Source: Ministeria vibrans ATCC 50519 (taxonomy: Eukaryota; Protista; Filasterea). From it: a DNA stretch of 64,000 bases. The first letter of the stretch is position 1; the number at the start of each line of letters is the position of its first letter. The stretch spans positions 45,448 through 109,447 of the forward strand of contig CALSCP010000491.1 in the NCBI GenBank assembly GCA_943704425.1, written 5' to 3'. Shown here piece after piece: positions 1 to 17,404 of this stretch. The notes beneath the pieces are model-generated. The model was not told the DNA's origin. It made no database searches and saw only the letters and a list, made by a program, of their open reading frames with translations. Position numbers and translations under genes: made by a program.

Positions 1-618
1 GGGTGCTCTTTTTTTTTTTTTTTCTTATGGTCCAGGTGGGGCTAAGGGCTTTGTAAAAACACACGCTAGGCTTATATTCATAGAGGGGAGCAAAGCGAGG
101 TAGGGGGGGTGGAGAGTTTCAAGGCACGAAGGTCTCGAAAAGTGGTTTGTTTTTTGGGCGAAGAAAAAAAAGTGATCGGGGTTGAGTGAAATTATATTCA
201 TGTCTTTGGGAAAAAAATCATTTTTGCGGGCGTGGCGATTCTGTCATCGCCACAACGATGAGCAACATTGAGGGAAGGTTAGAACTTAGAAGGGGAACGG
301 TCGGAAGTCGTGGGAAAGCGAAAAGGTCGAGGAATAGACGATGAGAGGCACGAGAGGAAAAAGTGGGGAGGAGGAGAGTGGGTTGAGTGTTTGATTGTGA
401 TGTAGCATGACAATTCTTACATTGACAAAAGTAACGTATCTTGCCGCTTGCGAGTGAGGGGGTTGCGCTGATTGCTGAAGCTCTAATAGTTTATAGCTCT
501 TTGGGTCTTGAGGCCTTGACGACTTTCCCTTTTCATCAATGGAGATAGTTTGTTGACACAACTCCCAAGTCCCAATGGAAAATTATTAGTTATTATTAGT
601 TATCCGTTCGCGTTCGTT

Positions 619-1359
619 ATGCGCGTTGTAATCCCAGTCCCCGACCAGGGCTTTGATCCTACGGAAGTTGCTGTTCCCTGGCAAATTCTGACGAGTGCTG
701 GCGTCGAGTGTACCTTCGCGACTGTGTCGGGAGGAGAGGCGGCTGCCGACCCCATCATGGTGGACGGCGTGGGCCTGTACATGCTCAAGTGGTCTATGCG
801 TGCCGATTCGAACGGACGCGGTGCGTATGCGGCGCTTGTGCGCTCGGGAGCGCTGAAGAACACGGTCACGTTCGCGCAACTGCGTGTCAGCGACTTCTCC
901 GGAGCACTGCTGCCGGGCGGACACTGCCCCGGCATGCGCCCGTACCTCGAGGACGACACCCTGAAGGCTTTTGTGTCGGAGTTTGCCGAAAGCGGCAAGC
1001 CACTGGCGGCTATTTGCCACGGGGTGGTGCTGGCAGCGCGCGCAGGCATCCTCGGGGGCAAGCGCGTCACAGCACTGCCCAGCTGGATGGAATCACTCGC
1101 GTTCAACCTGACACGCTCGTGGATGGGCAACTACTACAAGACGTATCCGGAGACGAGTGTTGAGGCGGAAGTGCGCCAGGCTTGCGCCGAATACGCAGTC
1201 GGTCCGCGCTCGCTCACACGCGATTCCCCCAAGAACCCGGCATGCGGCTTCACAGTGCGCGATGGGTCACTTCTCACGGCACGCTGGCCTGGCGATGCAC
1301 ATGCTTTAGGTCATGAGTTTCTTTCCATGCTCAAGGACGGCGAGACACAAAGAGTCTAA
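619..1359 (+). CDS. DJ-1/PfpI (class I glutamine amidotransferase-like) family protein, intronless
   Basis: ATG at 619; FDPTEVAVPW (conserved Glu), LLPGGH, AAICHG nucleophile elbow, LTARWPGDA C-terminal motif. Confidence 0.88.
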   Translation: MRVVIPVPDQGFDPTEVAVPWQILTSAGVECTFATVSGGEAAADPIMVDGVGLYMLKWSMRADSNGRGAYAALVRSGALKNTVTFAQLRVSDFSGALLPGGHCPGMRPYLEDDTLKAFVSEFAESGKPLAAICHGVVLAARAGILGGKRVTALPSWMESLAFNLTRSWMGNYYKTYPETSVEAEVRQACAEYAVGPRSLTRDSPKNPACGFTVRDGSLLTARWPGDAHALGHEFLSMLKDGETQRV

Positions 1360-1375
1360 TGTAATGTTAAGATGT

Positions 1376-1490
1376 AACAGAAGAAGAAGACAACCCATTT
1401 ATTTATGATGCAGTCACCAGATCTACAACAAAAGCACAAGTGCAATTGCTATCCAGTGAGGTGAATTGCAATGGTACGCCATACCCCCAC
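1376..1490 (-). mobile_element. Dispersed ~110 nt SINE-like repeat, most complete copy
   Basis: Reverse complement GGGGGTATGGCGTACCATTGC...GTAGATCTGGTGACTGCATCATAAATAAATGGGTTG(TCT)n is nearly identical to 59584-59690. Confidence 0.6.
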
Positions 1491-1732
1491 TAATTTGTAA
1501 AACTAAGAAGAATAAAAAACAAACACAATGATACCATGATGATAATATTTACGTTCTTGAGCAGCTTTGCGATACGACGCATGTCTCGTGTCTACCTCCA
1601 GCTGTCGTTTTACCTTGCTTGTGCACGCCTTAGGATATGGCGGCAAGTGTTTTGACGTGTCATTTGCGTCATTTGCGTCATTTGAGTCATTTGCGTGGCT
1701 CACACATTTCAATTAAAGTTTTATCAATTTTA

Positions 1733-3502
1733 CTAACTGGATGGTACGGCCTTGAAAGGATCAACACCATCTTCCTTCCATTGTCTCTGTTGGTCCAACA
1801 CGGCAGTAATACGGGGATTCATAATGCGGAACCAGAGAGGCGGAATAAGAGCCAAAAGAAGCATTCCGGCGTAGCCGGTGGGCATTTGCGGCGACTGATT
1901 CCACGAGCGGAGAATCTGGTAGCGACGCGTTGCATAGGCGTGGTGGTCAGAGTGGCGCTGAAGCTTAAAGACAAAGTAGTTTGTCAGACGGTGTCCGGCG
2001 TTCCACGAGTGGAGGGGCGTCACGCGGTCCGAGGGTGATGCGCGACGCAGTCCATAGTGTTCAATGTAGTTGACACACTCAAGGAGAGTCAGCCCAATCA
2101 GGGATTGTTGGAAGAAGAAGAGACTCGCAGTCGCATTGCTAATTGGACATAGAGAGAGTTGATAGAGTGTGAGATCAATACCATTACGATTGGAAAGTGT
2201 GGGAATGAGAGAGTTGAAACAAAATAACATTGATATGCAACAAAAAAGACTTACTAGAAGTGGAAGAGAAGAGAAGGAATGAGAACAAAGGAAACGAGTA
2301 GGGAGACAATAATGCGATTGTGAAGGGACCAGAAGGAGCGCTGCTTGAGGGCGAGACGAGTGCGCTCAAGATGGAGCGCGGAAAGAAACGAGAGGAAGAC
2401 GGAGCGGAAGTAGAAGGAGTAAAGCGACTCGTTGAGTCTACTGCTCGCCGGATCGTCTTCGGTTGAAACGCGCTTGTGATGACCCATAATATGTTCCGTC
2501 TCAAAATGACCATAGCAGGTCAGCCAGAGCAGACAACGCCCCACCACCGGCTCAGTCTTGGTCAGTTTGTGAATGAGTTCGTGTGCGACATTAATACCCA
2601 GTCCCGACGCAATGCCCATCGACAGAACCAGTCCAGTGTACTCGAATGTACTCATGTCGGGCTGCCAGTACAGGGTTTCAACGCAGTACCACAGTCCCCA
2701 CACCTAAGCAGAAACGAACATGAAAATTAGTGAAGTAAACAAACAACAAATTGCACAGTGCACAAGTAGAAAGTGCTCAAATACAACGCACTCATGGGTA
2801 TTTAAAGAACACTGTGTAAGCGTCTCTTCCCCACAGGCAAACACTGGGAGGACACCCTTTTGTAGATAGCGGACGCAGACTGAAACCACTCATTGAATGG
2901 TCTGCATTGATTCGTCAAGCAAAATGAAGATTGCGCGCTGAAGACGCCGCGGAAGAGAGCAAAAATAGCAGCACAGCGGATATCGCCGCGGAATAAGCCA
3001 CACACACAGTCTCACAGAGCGAAGATGCACACACAACAACGAAACAATCCCGACGGAATCGGAACTTAACAACCGGCAGGACAGAGCCGACGGAAAGGCC
3101 GGGAGAGTCCCCAAAGGGAAGCGTCTGGGATGTCGCATGCAACACACGCCATGGACGCGACTAAGCAATCACAGGGAGAGCAGTAGGGCTGACCTGAAAC
3201 GGAAGCCACAGAAATGTCACAATGCGAAACGACAGACGATCCGACAGCTCTTTCTCTTGCTCCTTCGACTCGGGATTCCATTCGTCAAGGCCAATGATCA
3301 CATCGGCAACTGCGACGCAAAAAGGGATCAGAGCGAGACGGGACGTCTGAGCCTCCTTACTTGGAATGAGCCCAAAGACAAGAAGAGGCACTGCGTAGGT
3401 GTACCAGCCGCCAAGACGCACGCAGAAGAGCATCGCAAAGACAATAAAGGTCAATGCATACGGCAGCGCAGACGGGTTGCGCTTAACCTGTGTGCTGCTC
3501 AT
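1733..3502 (-). CDS. alkB: Alkane 1-monooxygenase (AlkB-type membrane diiron hydroxylase); exons 3502-3361, 3309-3194, 2703-2255, 2138-1733 (370 aa)
   Basis: His boxes HELIHK, EHIMGHH, NYIEHYG, LQRHSDHHA; GT-AG introns join the ORF pieces in frame. Confidence 0.92.
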
Positions 3503-3764
3503 ATGAGTGTAGAGATAAACAAACAGAATAAAAATGACTGAGTGACTTTTCTGATCTTTTAATTTCAATTCTAGAGACTCCTCTGACCATTTTCTCAGCA
3601 AGTCGAGAGCGAAGTGACCAAGTCAAGTAGTCAACAGTTGCGCGAACGGACAACACCAATCAGCAAAAAAGAAAGAAGAACAAAAAAAGAAAAAAAGAAG
3701 AAGGAATCAAACAAAAATACAAGAAAAGTACAATCAAGTCAATCATTCAACTGCAAGCATGCAG

Positions 3765-9271
<5,507 letters not shown>

Positions 9272-9356
9272 CGTTCAAGTGGTCAAGGAAAAAATTGGCT
9301 AAAAGTGAAGAATCAAAACTGATTAAAATTTAAATTGTATCTTCAAATGAATAATA

Positions 9357-10595
9357 ATGATAGAAAAATTTATGATCACGTTTGTTACGAGTGGTACTGT
9401 TGGTGACATCCATTCCGTAGCACAGGTGGCGCTGCACAGCGTACATTACGATTCCGTGCAGCTTTTTGTCTTTGTCAACAGTGTGGAGAAAATCTCGTGC
9501 ACACAAGACACTTTCCGGGCGTTCTTGCCTCTAGATCACGCTGTAGACATCCACGTGCTGTGTGCTCAGGGGCACAAGGCGCTTGCATCGGCCCTCTATG
9601 CGCGCCTCGACCCAGAAGCGTCCAATCTGTTGGCGTTTCATTTGTTCGCGTGGGAGACAGCCGCCGTTGCCGACGCCTGTGGCTGTCCGAGCGTGGCACT
9701 CGCTCCCTTTGTGCCACAGTCTCGGCCAGATGGATTTGACGACGAATTCAAGCAGTGTGTTGCGTTTGCTGAGAGTGTGAGTGAGTCGCTGCGACGCAAC
9801 ATTGAAGAGTGGAGCTGGCGCCTGTACCTCGACGACAATGCGTCGGTTCGTGAGCACCTGGGCCTCGACCCCCTTGCGATTCTTGAGAAGCCGCCGTTGA
9901 GGGAAATCCCTCTTGTGTACGGCTGCTCTTCCATCTTTGTAGAGGGAGAACGTGTCCTGGGACCGTGGATTCCAACCCCATCTCCATCGGCTCACGAGCA
10001 TAAGCGAAACCTCAACCACGTCTTTGTCACTTTTGGCTCAATGGAATCGCTGGGACTCGTTACGAAGCGAGTCTACGAGATCCTGAGTCTCGTGTTTGAA
10101 CGTGTGCTTGCAAAACACCCCTACATGGAAATTACGATTCAAGCGGACGACACCTCAGATTTTCACCGTCATCATCGAGTGTCTGTACTTCCCGGCACGC
10201 TATCGAACAAGGAACACGTGCGAGTCATGGCGACGGCGCAGTTGGTGGTGCACCATGGGGGAGCGGGCACTGTGCAACGGTGCTGTGCTCTTGGCACGCG
10301 CCAGCTCGTCTGTCCCTTTCTCTTTGACCAGTTCCGCAATGCGGCACTTGTATCGCGCCTCCAATGTTGCCAAAGCAGTACTCTTAGTCCTGTGCTCAGT
10401 GATTCTTCGGTGCCAGTGCCACAAGCAGTCGAACAACTCGCGTCACTGCTGTCGTTGCTCTTTATCGATACCGATCCTACGCACTTTCCAGTGGTTCCCA
10501 TTGAATCCGATGGGGCCCAACGAACGGCCGAGTGGATCAATCATTACTTCACTGGGTGTCAAGGCAGTGCTGAGATCAAGCTTCAGAGAAGGTGA
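9357..10595 (+). CDS. GT-B glycosyltransferase (GT1/GT28, sterol glucosyltransferase-like), intronless
   Basis: TSGTVGDIH N-terminal motif, VFVTFGSM, VHHGGAGT, PFLFDQF. Confidence 0.82.
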   Translation: MIEKFMITFVTSGTVGDIHSVAQVALHSVHYDSVQLFVFVNSVEKISCTQDTFRAFLPLDHAVDIHVLCAQGHKALASALYARLDPEASNLLAFHLFAWETAAVADACGCPSVALAPFVPQSRPDGFDDEFKQCVAFAESVSESLRRNIEEWSWRLYLDDNASVREHLGLDPLAILEKPPLREIPLVYGCSSIFVEGERVLGPWIPTPSPSAHEHKRNLNHVFVTFGSMESLGLVTKRVYEILSLVFERVLAKHPYMEITIQADDTSDFHRHHRVSVLPGTLSNKEHVRVMATAQLVVHHGGAGTVQRCCALGTRQLVCPFLFDQFRNAALVSRLQCCQSSTLSPVLSDSSVPVPQAVEQLASLLSLLFIDTDPTHFPVVPIESDGAQRTAEWINHYFTGCQGSAEIKLQRR

Positions 10596-10684
10596 TTTGA
10601 AAGAACATATTATCTGCGGAGCTTTGATGAGGATGATAATAAGTCACTCAGAACACCAAAATAATAATAATAATAATAATAATA

Positions 10685-10723
<39 letters not shown>

Positions 10724-10982
10724 TATCGTTGTATTGCCCTCGTGAAGGGTCTGAACTCTGAAGACCAGAGAGTTTGCAATGAAAGAAACGCTACACTGAT
10801 TGCTTGATTCTGTGATTTTTTTACACTGATACGGTTGTTTTTAATTTTTCTAATAATATTCTTTCTTCAATAATCATTTTTATTTTTTATTACCTTCTCC
10901 CTCTCCAAGACACCCACAGTCTCTCTCTCCTTCTCTCTCTCTCTCTCTCTCTCTCTTCTCTTTTAACGTCTCTTTTCACAAC

Positions 10983-12712
10983 ATGTCACGCAAAATTGCA
11001 ACACTTCGCGACTTTGCCAACGACGACGACGAGGAACGCCCTCCCCGCGACAATGGCAACCAGTACTATGCCGGCGGTAGCACGCACTCGGGCCAGCTTG
11101 TCGAAGGTCCCCCACAGGATCCCAACCACAAAGTGATTGAGGATCTCCTCAAACTCGCACAGGACGGGTAAGTTCTCCTCTGGAAAACACACCGTTCTGT
11201 ACGCCTACAGTCGCGTTTGGCGATGGCATCACAATGCACCGCGTACAGCGTACTTCTCTCTCTGCGCAGTGCACCGCTCGTTGTCCTACAAACCACTCTT
11301 TTATGGGTCGAACAGCGATTGATTGTTGGTCGTGAACATTCACCAAAGCCATCTCTCGCTCGCCTCCCTGGTTTACCGCTGTATTCCCACCATCCTGACA
11401 CTACCGTATCGCTGCACACCTGTGATCTTATCGCGTTGCCTTTGCGCTGCACACTTGAGAAATAACTTGCAAACCAACAACTGCGCAGTGTCATTGCCAC
11501 GGCACACACGACGCACCCACCGCTACAGGACTATAAGCACACTAAGCACGAGCAACAGATATACACATAAACATACATCGCATTGCGCACACGCCTTTTA
11601 TTATTTATACCTGTCACTCACGACTCATTGGTTTTACGTTATGCCCCGTTTCAGGCATGGCCGTGAAAACTACGAACGATACCAACGGGAGCTTGAAGAG
11701 GCGCGCGCGAAGAAGAAGCAGAAGAAGTTTCAGTCGAAAGGCACACACAAACGACATCGTTATGCTATAGTAGTCATAACACAAATTCGTAGGACATCGA
11801 TTGGGGGATGGCACTGAAGAAGAGGCAGAGGCGGAGGAAGAAGCGGAAGACGAAGACGAAGATGACGAACCGGTACATTGGGGGATTTGTGAGGGGAACA
11901 TCGATTAACTATGTGTGTCACCGTAGCGACTGGTTCGACTGACGTACTTTAAAGACGGGTTTACAGTCGATGACGGAGAGTTGCGACCTTTTGCTGATCC
12001 GGCCAATGAGCCATTTCTCGCTGCTATCCAAAGAGGGTACTGTGACATTGAATGACTTGCCGACTCATTTATTGCCGTTTGGTTTCAGAGTGGTTCCTCA
12101 AGAACTGGCGCGAGGAAGTCGCGACGTGTCGATGGAAATGATTGACCGACGGGGAGAAATGTACTCGGCACCCAAAAAACAAGCGACTTCGGCCTTTGGC
12201 GGCGCAGGCTACACACTCGGCTCGTAAAAATTGACATATTCTTATCAACCGATGAGGTTTTTTATGTGTGCGTGCGTGTGTTGGCTGACCATGGGGGTGC
12301 ATGTAGTTTGACTCCCGAAGTGACGACTACAACGGCCACAACTAGTGCTGCTGCCGCTGCTGCTGCGAGTAGTGAGACTGCGAGTCCCGTTGCTCCGTCG
12401 CTCACCCTTGATCCCGCTCAGCCAGTCACAACCCTCCAGCTTCGTCTCATGGACGGAACTCGGTATTGACGCTACTATGAATCTTGCCACTCTGCTAACA
12501 ATAAGTTCAATGTATGTCTTAGTCTTGTGGGTAAATTCAACCCGTCGCACACCATTGGTCAGCTCATGGCGTTCATTCGTGCGTCACGCGCCAATCAACC
12601 GCCTTTTGAGCTCGTCACAACATTCCCATCCCGTATTTATGCTGATCCCGATGTGACGTTGGAGCAGGCGGGCCTTCTGGGTGCTGTTGTGATGCAGCGC
12701 AAAAAACAATGA
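10983..12712 (+). CDS. NSFL1C: p47/NSFL1C/Shp1 p97 cofactor (SEP + UBX), multi-exon
   Basis: YYAGGSTHSGQLVEGPP, SEP domain (DGFTVDDGELRPF...NEPFL..IQRG.VPQEL), FGGAGYTLG, UBX (TTLQLRLMDG...FNPSHTI...TTFP). Confidence 0.9.
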
Positions 12713-13496
12713 TAAAAATGAGGTGCACTACGTTTTTTTATTTTTTTATCAATCACAAACTAAAAGAGACAACGCGAACGGCTCATAAGCACTTATTAAG
12801 CTGCAACAGCATTGAGACAAATATTTGAGCGTGGAGAGGGATTGAGAAAAAAGGGAGGGAGATATTGTGATTACGATTGCTCAGCACGGAAACCTTTCTG
12901 ATTGGTTGAAACATTTGGAGGAAAGCCCCAAATGAAATACATAGATTACAGTGAATCATCAATCAATTGACTCGAGTCTAAATAAATAGTCTTACAGTAT
13001 GGTACATCCGTGAGATGGCGAGAGAAGTCGAAGGCGAGTCTCAGTCTCTCTGTCTCTCTCAGACCGGCACACAATAAATTATTTACTATTATTATTATTT
13101 TAAACTAAAATTACGTGCTGTCGTCCAACTCCCGCATTTTCCACTTTAGATTGAGTAGTGAATTAGTTAGACTTTCCTGTGCCTTTCTTCTGTTCCTCGT
13201 TTGACACTTTATATATACATGTCAAACTCATTTTCCCATTTTCACCTTTTCCAACGCGCCACAGGTCAACCTGCCTTTGCAATCGCCCATCACCCCACCC
13301 AAAGACCCACATATACCCCTTTCCAACACCTTTCTTGTCCAAACAGCCGCTTGGTGCGCCTTTATCTTGTGTTTTTATTCATTCTTGTTCCTCTCCCTCT
13401 CGTTTCCTTCTCTCTCTTCTCTTCCACTCTCCACTGATCCATCAATATGACAAGCATTTCACAGTATATGTACACTCTATATGTTCATCTTCGCCA

Positions 13497-16400
13497 TCAC
13501 TCGCTCTTGTGCAGCTCGTCAAGGTGCGCTCGCAGCTCTGAGGGTGCCGGATAGAATGGAATGGTGTCCTGCAAATGAAAAACACAACGCATTTCTCAGT
13601 CTATTGGCCATGATCGTACAGCTCTTTCAATGCGCACACCCATACACATAGGGAGAAAGACTGAAGCAGACAGTTTCAACGCCAAAATCGTTTGGGAGTT
13701 CGGTTTTTGTGTTTGCCATGCGACACTCGCACTCGCACTCACACTCACACACGCACATATAATATATATATACAAACACAGATAAAGAGAGACTACTGCA
13801 TTAGAGACGATGGTATGTTCCATTTGAGAACAGCCTCTCAACGCACAAGAGATTTCTCTCCTCTCTCTCTCTTTTTCGCTCTCTCTCTGCTCAAATCACC
13901 CTCACAGACGCATGGCAAACACATACCCTCATCACACACACATTTTCCCTTGGCTCGCATTCCCATTCCCATCGCATGAGATATCTCAATAAACTCAAAA
14001 AACAAAAAACAACCGCCCCACTACCACAAACACGTAAACAAACAAACACTCACGCTTTTGACCACTCACATACACGCACACACAATACAACACTCAATCA
14101 AAGCAGCGAGTCCTTTCATTTTACAACCACAAACAAACTCACACAATCAAACACACACAAACAAACTCACACGCAACACACACGCACACAGCAGTAACAC
14201 CACTTCTCACATGCCCCATTTGGCACACAATATTGACTATTCACTCTATGCAACATTTGTCTTGACAATTAATCATTATTTTCGGACACAATGCCACCAC
14301 AATGCAACTCACAACGTAACATCACCCCCCTTGAAAGATCAAAAGACCACTCTTCCTCGCTCCTTTCGCTCTCTCTCTCCCTCTCTATCACTGTGTTTCT
14401 CTCTCTCTCTATCACTTTGTCTCTCACTCTCTCTCACTCTCTCCCTCTCTCTCTCTCTCCCTCTCTCTCTCTCGCTCTTCCTTGTTTTGGTTCATATTCA
14501 CCTCTGGATCCCCCAACGGCAGCAAAACATCCTCTTCCGCCTCAATACTCCCCCGCCCATGGACCAGCTCCACAGTAGACCCTCGTCGCTGTTGCTGCTG
14601 TTGCTGTTGCTGGTGTTGTAGCAACTGCATCATGAGCTCGTCGCTGACCTCCCCGCGCTCACTCCAGTCGTGATACCCTCCAACCTCATCCGCCGAAATG
14701 GCCCGTGGTGCCAACGGCAGCAGCTGGTTCATCATCTGCGACAACTCGACGGTCGGCTGCTCTATCGACAGCGGAACAGACGGCGATGCTTCCAGTGACG
14801 CATCTCGCTGTCGCTGCGGCTGCAAGGGCATGTCCCAAAAGGGATCCACACTGCCCAGCTCACCCCCTTGGCCCCCTTGACCGCCGATCCTGACGCCCGC
14901 ATCAAGACCTACGCCCCACACACACTCCCCAATGTCCGGCAGCTCCATATCCGTCCCGCTACTCATGTTGCTGCTCGACACGCTCCCCTCCCGCCCACTC
15001 TCATCGTCCCCTCCTCCTCCTCCTCCTCCATCGGCGTCGTACCGCCGTGGCCGCCGTGGCCGCAGACGTCGCGGCTGCAACAACTGTGCTGCAACTTCGT
15101 CGTCTTCCGCTACAAACAGAATCGGGGAAAAAAAAAGTCCATGTCAGTTTTACTGTATCAACAAAGACAAGAGATGGCAGTCCTTGTTTGCTCCTATGTG
15201 CAAAATTCACTTTTTCTTCTCACTCACTCTCTCATCTCCTCTCTCGCCACACTCAAGAAATAGAAACATGGCAATTCATTCATATATATATATCTCTACA
15301 CTTTGTCACTAGATCCTCAATTCTCAAACCCAAACTCCCACACACACACACACAGATACATACACACATACACACATACACATAAATACCACTTGACTGA
15401 CACATTATACTCTTCTCAAATTCACAAAACTTTCCCCAACTCCCACCCTCTCCTCTCCATTACTACCCTCACCACACTACTTCTAACCCATATGACCGTT
15501 CAAACTCTCATCAAATTGACACGGAGTCTCCACCCAATCAAAAATGGTCGAGATTGAGTCAAGAGATGAGATTTTTTTTCTCAACTTTTTTTTCTCTCAT
15601 TCCCACTCTCTGCTTCTCTTATCGCACGTCATCCACTCAACTGATTACTCTGAATTGTTGAGTTCTCTTTGTTTCTCTTTTCCGTCTCTCTTTCTCTCTC
15701 TCGTCTCCCCTCAAAAAAACAATTACCGCTCTTCAAACTATCGCAGAATGTCACGCTCTCTCTCTCGCTGCACCAGCCACACAACACACATCCCAACCAC
15801 ACACTCCCCCCCCTTCCGCGGCGCCACCATGCACCGGTGCCCCCCCACGCCGATGTCATCCCCCATGCGTGAATCGCAACTCCCCACACTTCCTCTTCAA
15901 TATATCCCATCCCCTTTCCTCGCAAACCCATTGTGTACCAGGCTATTTGCTCATCATGCCTACTTTTTGTCATTTGACAACGCTTTTCTCCATTTTTCGC
16001 CTATTTATTTCGTGCCTCACTTTTTTTCACTTTCGTTTGGCCCAACCCCGCGATACACAGCCGCCATGGCCCCTCCCCTGCGCGCGATGGTGACGCACAT
16101 GCACCCCATCCCCTTTTGCACCACGTATCGTGTCCACTCCCCACCCGCTCGCTTGTGTTGCCGATATATCAGACGTTTTTTTTTTTTTTTTTGGCTTTTT
16201 TNNNNNNNNNNNNNNNNNNNNNNNNNNNNNNNNNNNNNNNNNNNNNNNNNNNNNNNNNNNNNNNNNNNNNNNNNNNNNNNNNNNNNNNNNNNNNNNNNNN
16301 NNNNNNNNNNNNNNNNNNNNNNNNNNNNNNNNNNNNNNNNNNNNNNNNNNNNNNNNNNNNNNNNNNNNNNNNNNNNNNNNNNNNNNNNNNNNNNNNNNNN

Positions 16401-17404
16401 NNNNNNNNNNNNNNNNNNNNNNNNNNNNNNNNNNNNNNNNNNNNNNNNNNNNNNNNNNNNNNNNNNNNNNNNNNNNNNNNNNNNNNNNNNNNNNNNNNNN
16501 NNNNNNNNNNNNNNNNNNNNNNNNNNNNNNNNNNNNNNNNNNNNNNNNNNNNNNNNNNNNNNNNNNNNNNNNNNNNNNNNNNNNNNNNNNNNNNNNNNNN
16601 NNNNNNNNNNNNNNNNNNNNNNNNNNNNNNNNNNNNNNNNNNNNNNNNNNNNNNNNNNNNNNNNNNNNNNNNNNNNNNNNNNNNNNNNNNNNNNNNNNNN
16701 NNNNNNNNNNNNNNNNNNNNNNNNNNNNNNNNNNNNNNNNNNNNNNNNNNNNNNNNNNNNNNNNNNNNNNNNNNNNNNNNNNNNNNNNNNNNNNNNNNNN
16801 NNNNNNNNNNNNNNNNNNNNNNNNNNNNNNNNNNNNNNNNNNNNNNNNNNNNNNNNNNNNNNNNNNNNNNNNNNNNNNNNNNNNNNNNNNNNNNNNNNNN
16901 NNNNNNNNNNNNNNNNNNNNNNNNNNNNNNNNNNNNNNNNNNNNNNNNNNNNNNNNNNNNNNNNNNNNNNNNNNNNNNNNNNNNNNNNNNNNNNNNNNNN
17001 NNNNNNNNNNNNNNNNNNNNNNNNNNNNNNNNNNNTTGATTGTGGTGTGAATTGTAGGGAGTAAGTTGAGAGGCGAAAAGAGAGCTCACAAAAAAACGAA
17101 CAAAAATCCCCTACTAATCAATCCCAATTTCCCGTTGTTAACTCCACCACGACAACCACCCTCTGCATGACACGTGATGCGTACCTCTTCGTCGCGTACG
17201 CGATGCTGTGCGTGGAATTTTCTGAACATCTTCACACTCCAGTCGCATATCGTCGCAGCGTTTGCACCGCCTCTGATCGGGGATTCGGGTGCACTTCTGA
17301 TGGGCATTGTGGCACTGGGCGCACGCGTGAGGCTGCTGCTTTTGCGCTTTCGCCCTATCTGCCTTTGGCACATCCTGCGCATCTTCGTCGGCGCTACTAA
17401 CCAT
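13497..17404 (-). CDS. Zn(II)2Cys6 binuclear-cluster transcription factor; first exon ~17404-17184, later exons ~15110-14502 and 13568-13497, spans the large N gap
   Basis: CAQCHNAHQKCTRIPDQRRCKRCDDMRLEC fits C-x2-C-x6-C-x8-C-x2-C-x6-C; linkage of downstream exons is inferred from splice signals only. Confidence 0.62.
16202..17035. other. Assembly gap (N run)
   Basis: Directly visible. Confidence 1.

Noticed and set aside
1-560. 91 aa minus-strand ORF and weak similarity to the 57490 and 61700 regions
   Set aside because: No recognisable domain, and the match is only a short TTTT..AAGCCCT motif
2812-2925. H/ACA snoRNA-like layout on the minus strand (hairpin-ACAAAA-hairpin-ACA)
   Set aside because: The second hairpin lacks a proper pocket 14-15 nt from the ACA, and the ACA is part of the next stem; better explained by general intron structure
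3100-3195. GAGAGTCCCC ... AGGGCT resembling RNase MRP P4
   Set aside because: Spacing is too short, the 3' strand is imperfect, and it overlaps the alkB donor on the other strand
15544-17089. 300-500 aa ORFs
   Set aside because: Artefacts of the N gap
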